DNA of 19,861 nt from Polyangiaceae bacterium (GTDB lineage Bacteria; Myxococcota_A; Polyangia; Polyangiales; Polyangiaceae), in the NCBI GenBank assembly GCA_035063585.1, contig JAPSGB010000063.1, positions 1 to 19,861 of the forward strand. Direction: 5' to 3'. Below, piece after piece: positions 1 through 7,640 of this stretch; within the stretch, counting starts at the first letter, position 1; each line of letters begins with the position of its first letter. The translations under genes and the position numbers were made by a program. The notes beneath the pieces were generated by a model that was not told the origin of the DNA, did not search any database, and was given only the letters and a program-made list of their open reading frames with translations.

Positions 1-4
1 ACGC

Positions 5-44
5 GTCGGCGGCGCGGAACCGGGTGGGTCCGCGCCGATCCGAC
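5..44 (-). terminator. GC-rich hairpin downstream of the RRM gene (possible terminator or 3' stabilising stem)
   Basis: cggcgcgga (10-18) pairs with tccgcgccg (29-37), extended by gtcgg (5-9)/ccgac (40-44); lies 17 nt past the stop; no U-tract visible. Confidence 0.45.
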
Positions 45-61
45 CCCCCTCCCTCCCTGGC

Positions 62-439
62 TCAGCGGAAGCCGCGGTCGCCGCGATCGCGACCGCCGCC
101 GCCGCCACGACCGCCGCGGCCACCGCCGCCGCCGCCGCCGCCGAAGCCACCGCCGCCGAAGCCACCGCCGCCGCCGCCGCCGGCGCGCGGGGCGCGCTCC
201 TGCGCCTCGTTGACGCGGAGCTGACGGCCGTCGAGCGACGCGCCGTCCATGGCCTCGATGGCAGCGCGGGCCTGCTCGTCGTCGCCCATGGTGATGAAGC
301 CGAACCCGCGCGGCCGACCGGTCATGCGATCGGTGACGACGTGCGCGTCAGTGACCTCGCCGCAGCGCGAGAACGCATCGCGGAGGCTGGCTTCGGTGGT
401 GTCGTAGGAGAGATTGCCGACGTAGAGACGAGTGCCCAT
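62..439 (-). CDS. RNA-binding protein, single RRM with Gly/Arg-rich C-terminal tail
   Basis: RNP2 LYVGNL, RNP1 RGFGFITM, LDGRQLRVNEA, then a GGGFGGG/RGG tail; 125 aa. Confidence 0.95.
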   Translation of the reverse strand: MGTRLYVGNLSYDTTEASLRDAFSRCGEVTDAHVVTDRMTGRPRGFGFITMGDDEQARAAIEAMDGASLDGRQLRVNEAQERAPRAGGGGGGGFGGGGFGGGGGGGGRGGRGGGGGRDRGDRGFR

Positions 440-736
440 TCTTTTTCAATCACGGTCCGCGGCTCTGAACACGCCCATCGTGGCGCTCGGTCCCACCGCT
501 CCAATAGCCGCTCATCGGAGAGATGGTCGCGGCAGGTGCCGCGCCCTCGGGTGACAGCTGGGGCGACGCCCCCGAAGCCACCTCGAGAAGGGGGGAGTTA
601 TTCACATGCCCCGCCCCTCCGCAAGGGCCCGGCGCCACCCGCACGTCCGATTTCGGCCTCCCGCTCCGCCACGGCGCGCGCGTTCAGTGTCCCCCGAGCG
701 CCCGCGGCCGGCGTAGAGTCCGCCCCGCGGAGCACC

Positions 737-2968
737 ATGGAAGCGGAAAAACCGAGCGACTTCATCCGGGAAATCGTGGAAACCGACCTGCGCGCGGGGA
801 CCCACGGCGGCGCCGTGGTCACCCGCTTCCCGCCAGAGCCGAACGGGTACCTGCACATCGGCCACGCCAAGAGCATCTGTCTGAACTTCGGCATCGCCCG
901 AGAGTACGGGGGCCGCTGCCACCTCCGCTTCGACGACTCGAACCCGACCACCGAAGACATGGAGTTCGTCCGCTCCATCCAGGAGGACGTCCGCTGGCTC
1001 GGCTTCGACTGGGGCGAGCACCTGCACTTCGCGTCCGACTATTTCGAGGCGCTCTACGACTACGCGCTAGCGCTCATCGAGCAGGGACTCGCCTACGTCG
1101 ACAGCTCGAGCGAGGCCGAGATCCGCGAGCGTCGCGGCACGGTCACCGAGCCCGGCACCCCGGGGCCGTTTCGTGACCGCTCGATCGCGGAGAACCGCGA
1201 GCTCTTCACCGACATGCGCGCCGGGAAATACCCCGACGGCGCGCACGTGCTCCGCGCGCGCATCGATCTCGCGTCGCCCAACATGAAGATGCGCGATCCG
1301 CTCCTCTATCGGATCCGTCACGCGCATCACTATCGAACCCTGGATCGCTGGTGCATCTATCCGCTCTATGATTTCACCCACTGCCTGAGCGACAGCATCG
1401 AGCGCATCACCCACTCGATCTGCACCCTCGAGTTCGAGAATAACCGCGAGCTCTACGACTGGATCCTCGAGCACGTCGGGGTGCCCGAGCCCCGGCCCCA
1501 TCAGTACGAGTTCGCCCGGCTCAACCTGAACTACACGGTGATGAGCAAGCGGCGCTTCATCGAGCTCGTCGAGACGGGCAAGGTGCGCGGCTGGGACGAC
1601 CCGCGCATGCCGACGCTCGCCGGCGTGCGCCGGCGCGGCTACACGCCGGAGGCGCTCCGCGCCTTCGCGGCCCGCATCGGCGTGAGCAAGCACAACAGCG
1701 TGGTCGAGCTCGGACTGCTCGAGTTCACCGCGCGCGAGGATCTCGACCCGAGGAGCCCGCGCGCGATGGCGGTGCTCCGCCCGCTCGAGCTCGTCATCGA
1801 CGGCTGGCCCGCCGGCAAGGTCGACACGCTCGACGCGCCGTACTGGCCGGACGCTGCGCGCCCCGGCTCGCGCCCGGTGCCGATGAGCGGGCGGCTCTAC
1901 ATCGAGCGCGACGACTTCGCGCTCGAGCCGCCCCGCGGCTGGCATCGCCTCGCGCCGGGCGCGCGCGTGCGGCTCCGTCACTCCGAGGTCATCGAGTGCA
2001 CCGGCGTCGAGACGGACGCCGCCGGCGAGCCCCTGCGGGTCCGCGCGAAGCTCGTCGAGCCGACCGCGCGCGTGAAGGGCACGCTCCACTGGGTGAGCGC
2101 CGAGCACGCCGTCGACGCCGAGGTCAGGCTCTACGAGCGACTCTTCTCCGCCGAGCAGCCCGGCAGCGACGGCCGCGACGTGCTCGACGATTTGAACCCG
2201 GACTCCCTGGTCGTGGTTACCGCCAAGTGCGAGCCGAGCCTCGCCGCGGCACGGCCGGGCGAGCGCTTCCAGTTCGAGCGGCAAGGGTATTTCTACGTGG
2301 ATCCCGTCGACTCGAGGCCCGGCGCGCCGATCTTCAACCGCACCGTCACGCTCCGCGACACCTGGGCCAAGCTCGTCCAGCGCGAGCAGGCCCCCGCGGC
2401 CGAGGCCGAGCGCGAAGCGCGCGAAGTCATCCATGTGGAATCGGAGCTCCCGCCCGGAGCCCGCGCGCTCCGCGACGCTCACGGGTTGGATGCCGGTTCG
2501 GCGCGAGTCCTCGCGGGGAGCCCGGCGCTCGAGGCACTCTTCCGCGGCGCGCTCGCGGCGGGGGCCGAGCCGCGGGCGGCGGCGAGCTGGCTCGTGAGCG
2601 AGCTGCCCGCGAGCGGCGTCGCGCCGGAGGCGGCGCGCTTCGACGGCCCGGCGCTCGCGGCGCTCATCGCGCTGGTCGAGCGCGGCGCCATCACGCGCAC
2701 GGTGGGCAAGGAGGTGCTCATCGAGCTGGCGCGGAGCGGCGGAGCGCCCGAGGCGATCGTCGGCGCGCGCGGCGCGCACGCGCTCGACGAGGGCGCGCTC
2801 GCGGCGCTCGTCGACGAGATCATCGCGGCGAACGCGCCGCTCGTCGCGCGCTACCGCGCCGGCAACCCGAACCTCCTCGGGGCGCTGGTCGGCCAGGTCA
2901 TGAAGCGGAGCGCAGGCCGCGCCGACGCGAAGCGCGCGGGCGAGCTGCTCCGCGCGCGACTCGGCTGA
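737..2968 (+). CDS. glnS: Glutaminyl-tRNA synthetase with C-terminal GatB/YqeY domain
   Basis: TRFPPEPNGYLHIGHAK (HIGH), VMSKR (KMSKS-equivalent), FQFERQGYF; the C-terminus LLGALVGQVMKRSAGRADAK resembles the GatB/YqeY tail. Start moved from 341 to ATG 737 (GGAG at 729-732); 743 aa. Confidence 0.96.
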   Translation: MEAEKPSDFIREIVETDLRAGTHGGAVVTRFPPEPNGYLHIGHAKSICLNFGIAREYGGRCHLRFDDSNPTTEDMEFVRSIQEDVRWLGFDWGEHLHFASDYFEALYDYALALIEQGLAYVDSSSEAEIRERRGTVTEPGTPGPFRDRSIAENRELFTDMRAGKYPDGAHVLRARIDLASPNMKMRDPLLYRIRHAHHYRTLDRWCIYPLYDFTHCLSDSIERITHSICTLEFENNRELYDWILEHVGVPEPRPHQYEFARLNLNYTVMSKRRFIELVETGKVRGWDDPRMPTLAGVRRRGYTPEALRAFAARIGVSKHNSVVELGLLEFTAREDLDPRSPRAMAVLRPLELVIDGWPAGKVDTLDAPYWPDAARPGSRPVPMSGRLYIERDDFALEPPRGWHRLAPGARVRLRHSEVIECTGVETDAAGEPLRVRAKLVEPTARVKGTLHWVSAEHAVDAEVRLYERLFSAEQPGSDGRDVLDDLNPDSLVVVTAKCEPSLAAARPGERFQFERQGYFYVDPVDSRPGAPIFNRTVTLRDTWAKLVQREQAPAAEAEREAREVIHVESELPPGARALRDAHGLDAGSARVLAGSPALEALFRGALAAGAEPRAAASWLVSELPASGVAPEAARFDGPALAALIALVERGAITRTVGKEVLIELARSGGAPEAIVGARGAHALDEGALAALVDEIIAANAPLVARYRAGNPNLLGALVGQVMKRSAGRADAKRAGELLRARLG

Positions 2969-3035
2969 CGGGCGGGTCCGCGGTTCGCGTCCCGAGCTCG
3001 CCCGTTCGGCCGGCCCGAGGAGCGCCGCCTTTGCC

Positions 3036-3443
3036 TCACTGTTCGCGCGGACCAAGCGCAGCGCGCGTGTGGCGCGTGAGCTCGAGCGAGGCGCCGGGCC
3101 CCGGGATTCCGCGCCGGACCGACATCACCTCGACCCGCTCGGCCCCGAGGGCGGTGCGGAGCACGGCGTCGGCGCGCTCCGGCTCGCAGTCGCCGCAGGT
3201 GTAGAAATCGACCGCGGCGTAGCCGGCCTCGGGCCAGGTGTGGATGCTGAAGTGCGACTCCTCGATGACCACCACGCCGGTGACCCCCTGCGGCGTGAAC
3301 GGCTGGAAGACCTCGGCGACCACCACCGCGCCGCTCGCCCGCGCCGCCTCGCGCATCACCCCGCGGAGCGCCTCGAGATCGTCGAGGAGCGCTCGATCGC
3401 AGCCGTGGTATTCGGCGAGCAGGTGGAGCCCGGTGGTGAGCAC
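3036..3443 (-). CDS. speD: S-adenosylmethionine decarboxylase proenzyme (class 1b, pyruvoyl-dependent)
   Basis: GLHLLAEYHGC, FTPQGVTGVVVIEESHFSIHTWPEAGYAAVDFYTCG with the E|SH autocleavage site; probable GTG start at 3443; 135 aa. Substrate is not provable from sequence. Confidence 0.9.
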   Translation of the reverse strand: MLTTGLHLLAEYHGCDRALLDDLEALRGVMREAARASGAVVVAEVFQPFTPQGVTGVVVIEESHFSIHTWPEAGYAAVDFYTCGDCEPERADAVLRTALGAERVEVMSVRRGIPGPGASLELTRHTRAALGPREQ

Positions 3444-3593
3444 GCGCGCGCTCTCTCTAGCACGCCCGGAGGCCGCCCCGGTGCGGCGCGTGTCGCCCGC
3501 TCGGGCCCGCTCGAGCGCACCCAAGTGTGCCAAGGCTGTGCCAGCGCCGGGAGCCGCGCGCGACGCCCACGCAAGATGCCCGCGTGCGGTGGA

Positions 3594-3609
3594 CGGCACG
3601 CATCTTGCG
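3594..3609 (+). promoter_or_regulatory. Putative sigma54 (-24/-12) promoter for the Cys-rich lipoprotein gene
   Basis: CGGCACGcatcTTGCG: GG(3595-96)-N10-GC(3607-08), near consensus TGGCACG-N4-TTGC, about 170 bp upstream of ATG 3776. Confidence 0.55.
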
Positions 3610-3775
3610 AGGACCGCGCCGTGAGGAAGTCTCTCTCGTCCTCGTCGCCCACGCGCTCGGTCGCGCGCGGCGGGCGCGGCGACGACGGCGAACGCGCCTG
3701 GCTCACGCCTTTGATTCACCCCGACACGCCCGCACGAGTTCCTTTCCACCCTGCTCCTCGATGCACGAGCTCACC

Positions 3776-4837
3776 ATGAGAGCCTTACTTCTTGCCCTAG
3801 CCGTGTCCGCCGCGACGCTCGCCCTCGCGTCGAGCTGCGGCGGCTCATCCTCCGAGCCGCGCGGCTCGACGCTGCCGGACAGCGGCAGCGCCCGCGACGG
3901 CTCAGGAGATTCTAGCGCCCCTCCGGAGAGCTGCGCCGGGCTCGTCACGGCGCTCTCCGAGTTCGCCCGGTCGCACGGGTCGTGCGAGCGAGTCGAAGAC
4001 TGTCGAACCCTCGACGAGCTGAACGACGTCAGGCTCTGTTCCCTGGCGTTCTCTCCCGGAGCCGACGAGGGCACGCTCCGCCCGCTCCTCACGGACTTCG
4101 AGGCGCAGGGGTGCGGAGGAGATACGATGTGCGGTTACCTCGGCCCGCTCGCGTGTCAGGGAGGCACCTGCGCGTTTGCGAACCCCCGGGCGGGATGCGA
4201 GGCCTGTCCCACCGCGCTCGCGCCGGTCTGCACCCAGGGAGGACAAAATGCCCGAAATGAGTGCTTCGCGCGGGAGTGCCTCCACGACGAGGTCGCCCAT
4301 GAGGGATACTGCGCGTCGTCAGCGAGCTGCGTGGCGCGCGGCGGGACGTGTCACCCGCGCCAGCCGAACGAGTGGCTGTGCCCGGACGGAACCCGCTTCG
4401 ACCCGCTCGACGAGTCGAGCGAATGCCCGGGCGGAAACTTCGAGAATTTCTGCTGCACCGGCGACTGGTCGCACCCGTGTACCTACTTCGGCGCCTTGTC
4501 GCTGACCCTCTCGCGCGATCCCTTCACGTGCGAGCCGGTGACCGACGGGAACGTCTGTCTGTTCGCGAGAGCACCGGATTCGTGCGAGGTCACGGCGGAA
4601 ATCGAGGTCTCGAGCGGAGCTCAGACCATCCGGCGCCTCGATGACGGCGCTACGCTCATCGCGGAGCCGGGCGCTCGCGCCACCATCACCGGTCACGCGC
4701 CGAGCGGGAGGACCTTCACCTGTCAGGGCGTCGTCTCCGCAAACGACGAAGACGACAACCTCTGGAGCTGCACCGCGTGCCAGGGTCAGACTTGCACGAC
4801 GTGCGCGGTCGCGCAGTCGTACCGCTGCCGGCTCTGA
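3776..4837 (+). CDS. Cys-rich lipoprotein with Kazal-like and beta-defensin-like modules
   Basis: Signal MRALLLALAVSAATLALASS-C; Kazal-like CPTALAPVC...NEC...HEGYC; CVARGGTC...CP...C...CC module. Alternative start at 3761. Confidence 0.8.
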   Translation: MRALLLALAVSAATLALASSCGGSSSEPRGSTLPDSGSARDGSGDSSAPPESCAGLVTALSEFARSHGSCERVEDCRTLDELNDVRLCSLAFSPGADEGTLRPLLTDFEAQGCGGDTMCGYLGPLACQGGTCAFANPRAGCEACPTALAPVCTQGGQNARNECFARECLHDEVAHEGYCASSASCVARGGTCHPRQPNEWLCPDGTRFDPLDESSECPGGNFENFCCTGDWSHPCTYFGALSLTLSRDPFTCEPVTDGNVCLFARAPDSCEVTAEIEVSSGAQTIRRLDDGATLIAEPGARATITGHAPSGRTFTCQGVVSANDEDDNLWSCTACQGQTCTTCAVAQSYRCRL

Positions 4838-4943
4838 CCGCTCGGAGCGCCGCGCCACGCCGAGCTCCCGCGCGGGCTCGAGAGGTCGTCGCCGACGAGC
4901 AGGAACCTCGGCTCGCGAGGGGCGCCCGGCGCCCGCCCGGCGC

Positions 4944-6137
4944 TCAGCGCGCCGAGAGCGCGTCGAGCTTTCGCGCGACGGCCCGCGCGCTCATGGTGCG
5001 CTTGTAGACGTAGAGCGCGCCCGGGGCGTCGTCGTCGAGGACGGCCTCGCTCACCCGGAGGTGGCTCGAGACGGCGAAGAGGACGCGCGCGCCGAGCCCC
5101 GCCTCCACGAGCTCGACCCGCCGCCAGACCGCGTCGCGGCTCCAGTACCCCATCACCTCGAGGAAGATCTCCTCGCCGGTCTCGCGGTGCGAAAACACCA
5201 AGTCGGGCACCGAGAGCCCAGCGCCGGGCAAATCCAAGATCGCGCTCGCGGGCTCCGGTCGCCACGGGGTGTCGAGCCCGGCGAACGCGTCGGCGAGCGC
5301 CCGCACGTCCTCGGGCAGCTCACCCGGCTCGAGCGCGCCCGCCCCGCGGTGCGAGTGCGTGAAGCGGAGCGGCACCCGCTCCTTGCCCCAGCGAACCTCC
5401 GCGGTGAGCTCGAGCGCGTCGCAGTCCTCGAGCGCGGGCAGCACCTGCGCGAGCGCGAGCCCGTACTTCGTGACCGACTCGAACAGGCTGAAGGGCCCGT
5501 CGATGGTGAGCCGATAGCCCTCGCCGTGCCGCTCGAGCGCATAAAGGAGCCGGCGGAATTTCAGCTTGTGGAAGAGCGCGCGGTAGCCCGCCGGGGAGTC
5601 GCAGCGCACCTCGGCGACCACCCGCACCGCGCGGAGCAGCACCGCCTGAACCTGCCCTCGCTCCCACTCCCGGACGACCGCCTCGGGCTCGAGCGCGGGC
5701 GCGCGCTCGAGCCGCTCGGCGCCGCGCAAGTCCGCGTAGAGCGCGCGCTCGACGCCGGCCGCGTCGGTTCCGCGCGCGAGCGCCGCCTCCGCGACGAGCA
5801 CCCCCCAATCGAAGCTCCCCGCCGCGCGCGCGCGGCTCGCCGCCACGAAGAGTTCCCGGCGGAGCGCGGCCGGGTCGAGCTCGCCCGGATCGGTGAACAC
5901 GCAGGCGTCCTCGATGAGCTTCTGCAGACCGAGCGCGAGCTTGCGCTCGCGCGGCGCGACCTCGACCGCCGCCCACGCGGCACTCACCTGCTCGCGCGCG
6001 GCGCCCACCCCGGCGCTCGCGACCGCGAGCAAGTCGCGCGCGAGCTCCGAGGCGCGCTCGCGATCGGCGGGCGAGAGGCGCATGAGCTCGAGCGCGCCCC
6101 CGCGCCGGCGCGCACGCACGTGCTCCGGGCTCAGCAT
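4944..6137 (-). CDS. DUF790 family (Bax1-like) restriction-endonuclease-fold nuclease
   Basis: ALYADL, LFHKLKFRRLLY, IDGPFSLF..VTKYGLALA and PD-(D/E)xK-like VPDLVF...FLEVMGYW; directly downstream of an XPB-like helicase; 397 aa. Confidence 0.88.
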   Translation of the reverse strand: MLSPEHVRARRRGGALELMRLSPADRERASELARDLLAVASAGVGAAREQVSAAWAAVEVAPRERKLALGLQKLIEDACVFTDPGELDPAALRRELFVAASRARAAGSFDWGVLVAEAALARGTDAAGVERALYADLRGAERLERAPALEPEAVVREWERGQVQAVLLRAVRVVAEVRCDSPAGYRALFHKLKFRRLLYALERHGEGYRLTIDGPFSLFESVTKYGLALAQVLPALEDCDALELTAEVRWGKERVPLRFTHSHRGAGALEPGELPEDVRALADAFAGLDTPWRPEPASAILDLPGAGLSVPDLVFSHRETGEEIFLEVMGYWSRDAVWRRVELVEAGLGARVLFAVSSHLRVSEAVLDDDAPGALYVYKRTMSARAVARKLDALSAR

Positions 6138-6185
6138 CCCGAGGCACCCTCCCGCTCGCCGCTCGCCGCGCGGCGCGCACGCGCC

Positions 6186-7547
6186 TCAGCGGTAGGCATC
6201 GTGCTCCCGGCGCCGCTCGCTCGTGTAACGCTCGGCCGTCCCCGCGCTCACGAGCTCGTAGAGCACCGCGCGCTTGCCGTCCTTCTGCCGCAGGATGCGC
6301 CCGAGGCGCTGCACGTGCTCCCGCACGCTGCCCGAGCCACTGATGACGATGGCGAGGCTCGCCTCGGGCACGTCCACGCCCTCGTTCAAGACCTTGCTGG
6401 TCACGACCGCGTCGTACTCGCCGCTCGCGAACCGCGCGAGGATTTCGCTCCGCTCCTTCACCTTCGTCTGGTGGGTGATGGCCGGGATCAAGAAGCGGCG
6501 CGAGACGCGGTACGCGGTCGCGTTGTCGAGCGTGAAGATGAGCGCGCGCTCGCCCGGGTGCCGCCGGAGCAGCTCGCCCACCAGCTCGAGCTTGGCGGGC
6601 GCGCTGAAGGCGAGCTCGCGCTGGCGCCGGTAGGCGTCGAGCGCCCGCCGCCCCTCGGCGCCGCGGCTCGCGCGCATGATGAAGTCGTTGAACCCTCGCG
6701 GCGACCCCATGCGGATCCCCTGCGCTCGCACGAACTCGAGGTAAATCGCCCGCTCCTCCTCGTACTCGACGCGCTCCTCGGGCGAGAGCTCGACCTCGAG
6801 GCGTTCGGTGTCGTAGGCGGCGAGGTAGTTGCCGCTGAGCTCGACGATGTCTTTCCGGTACACGACCGGCCCGATGAGCTCGTCGAGCACGGAGTCCCGC
6901 CCGTCCGCCCGCTCGGGCGTCGCCGAGAGCCCGAGCCGGAAGGGCGCGAGGCAGAGCCGCGCGGCGAGCGAGTACGTCTCGCCGGGCAGGTGGTGGCACT
7001 CGTCGAACACGACCACGCCGAACCGCGCGCCGATATTTTCCATGTGGATATAGGCGCTGTCGTAGGTCGAGACCGTGAGCGGCTGCACGTCGTGCTCACC
7101 GCCGCCGATGACACCCACCGGGACCCCGAAGCTCGTGCGGAGGAGATCGTACCACTGTCGCACCAGATCGAGCGTGGGCGCGATGACCAGCGCGCTCCGC
7201 CGCTTGTCGTCGATCGCCATCACCGCGACGTGGCTCTTGCCTGCGCCGGTCGGCAGAACCACGACCCCGCGCCCCTTCGCGTTCCTCCATGCGACGAGCG
7301 CCTCACGCTGGAACGGCCGCGGCTCCCTCCGCACCCGGAGCCCGCCGGCGAGCTCCTGGTAGCCGCGCGCCGCGTCCTCGACGTCCACCCCGCCCTTGTG
7401 AAACGCCCGCACGATGTCCGCGTACGCGCTCGCCGGCGCGCGAAAACACCCGGCGCGCGCGTCCCACGCGAGCGCGCTCGGCAGCTCGGCGTCACGCGGC
7501 GCGCCGCGGAGCTCGAGGGTGCCCGAGGCGAAGGTGAGGCGCGGCAT
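6186..7547 (-). CDS. Superfamily 2 helicase, XPB/Rad25 (SSL2)-like
   Basis: Q motif PRPFQREAL, Walker A LPTGAGKS, DECHH, motif III LSATPERADG, VLNEGVDVP, motif VI QRLGRILR; 453 aa. Confidence 0.93.
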   Translation of the reverse strand: MPRLTFASGTLELRGAPRDAELPSALAWDARAGCFRAPASAYADIVRAFHKGGVDVEDAARGYQELAGGLRVRREPRPFQREALVAWRNAKGRGVVVLPTGAGKSHVAVMAIDDKRRSALVIAPTLDLVRQWYDLLRTSFGVPVGVIGGGEHDVQPLTVSTYDSAYIHMENIGARFGVVVFDECHHLPGETYSLAARLCLAPFRLGLSATPERADGRDSVLDELIGPVVYRKDIVELSGNYLAAYDTERLEVELSPEERVEYEEERAIYLEFVRAQGIRMGSPRGFNDFIMRASRGAEGRRALDAYRRQRELAFSAPAKLELVGELLRRHPGERALIFTLDNATAYRVSRRFLIPAITHQTKVKERSEILARFASGEYDAVVTSKVLNEGVDVPEASLAIVISGSGSVREHVQRLGRILRQKDGKRAVLYELVSAGTAERYTSERRREHDAYR

Positions 7548-7640
7548 GTCCCCTTCTCTAGCAGGTTGTCGGTCCGGCGCGGCCGGCGGCGCGGCCGGTC
7601 GATCACGCCCTGCCCGAGCTGGCCCTGCGCCAGCGGGGGC

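Noticed and set aside
24..224. Pro-rich 66-aa ORF
   Set aside because: Reverse complement of the Gly-rich tail of the RRM gene.
341..736. N-terminal extension of glnS; likewise the extended starts at 3749, 3527, 12058, 13713, 15326, 16664 and 16575
   Set aside because: Low-complexity translations of intergenic or overlapping DNA; downstream starts fit RBS, signal peptide or family N-terminus better.
440..736. T-box or tRNA upstream of glnS
   Set aside because: No T-box consensus, terminator/antiterminator or cloverleaf could be identified.
2968..3005. Hairpin between convergent glnS and speD
   Set aside because: Only a 7-9 bp GC stem with a long loop and no U-tract; not distinguishable from background.
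1067..3055. 662-aa minus-strand ORF and similar long ORFs (9929-12220, 14673-16562, 16725-18230, 5320-6999)
   Set aside because: They overlap well-supported genes on the opposite strand or in another frame and have no recognisable domains.
3444..3760. SAM riboswitch upstream of speD
   Set aside because: No SAM-I or SAM-II core motifs seen; the dyads fit DNA sites better.
6186..7547. Type III or type I restriction subunit
   Set aside because: No methyltransferase or specificity gene nearby; size, motifs and the DUF790 partner fit the XPB/Rad25 class.
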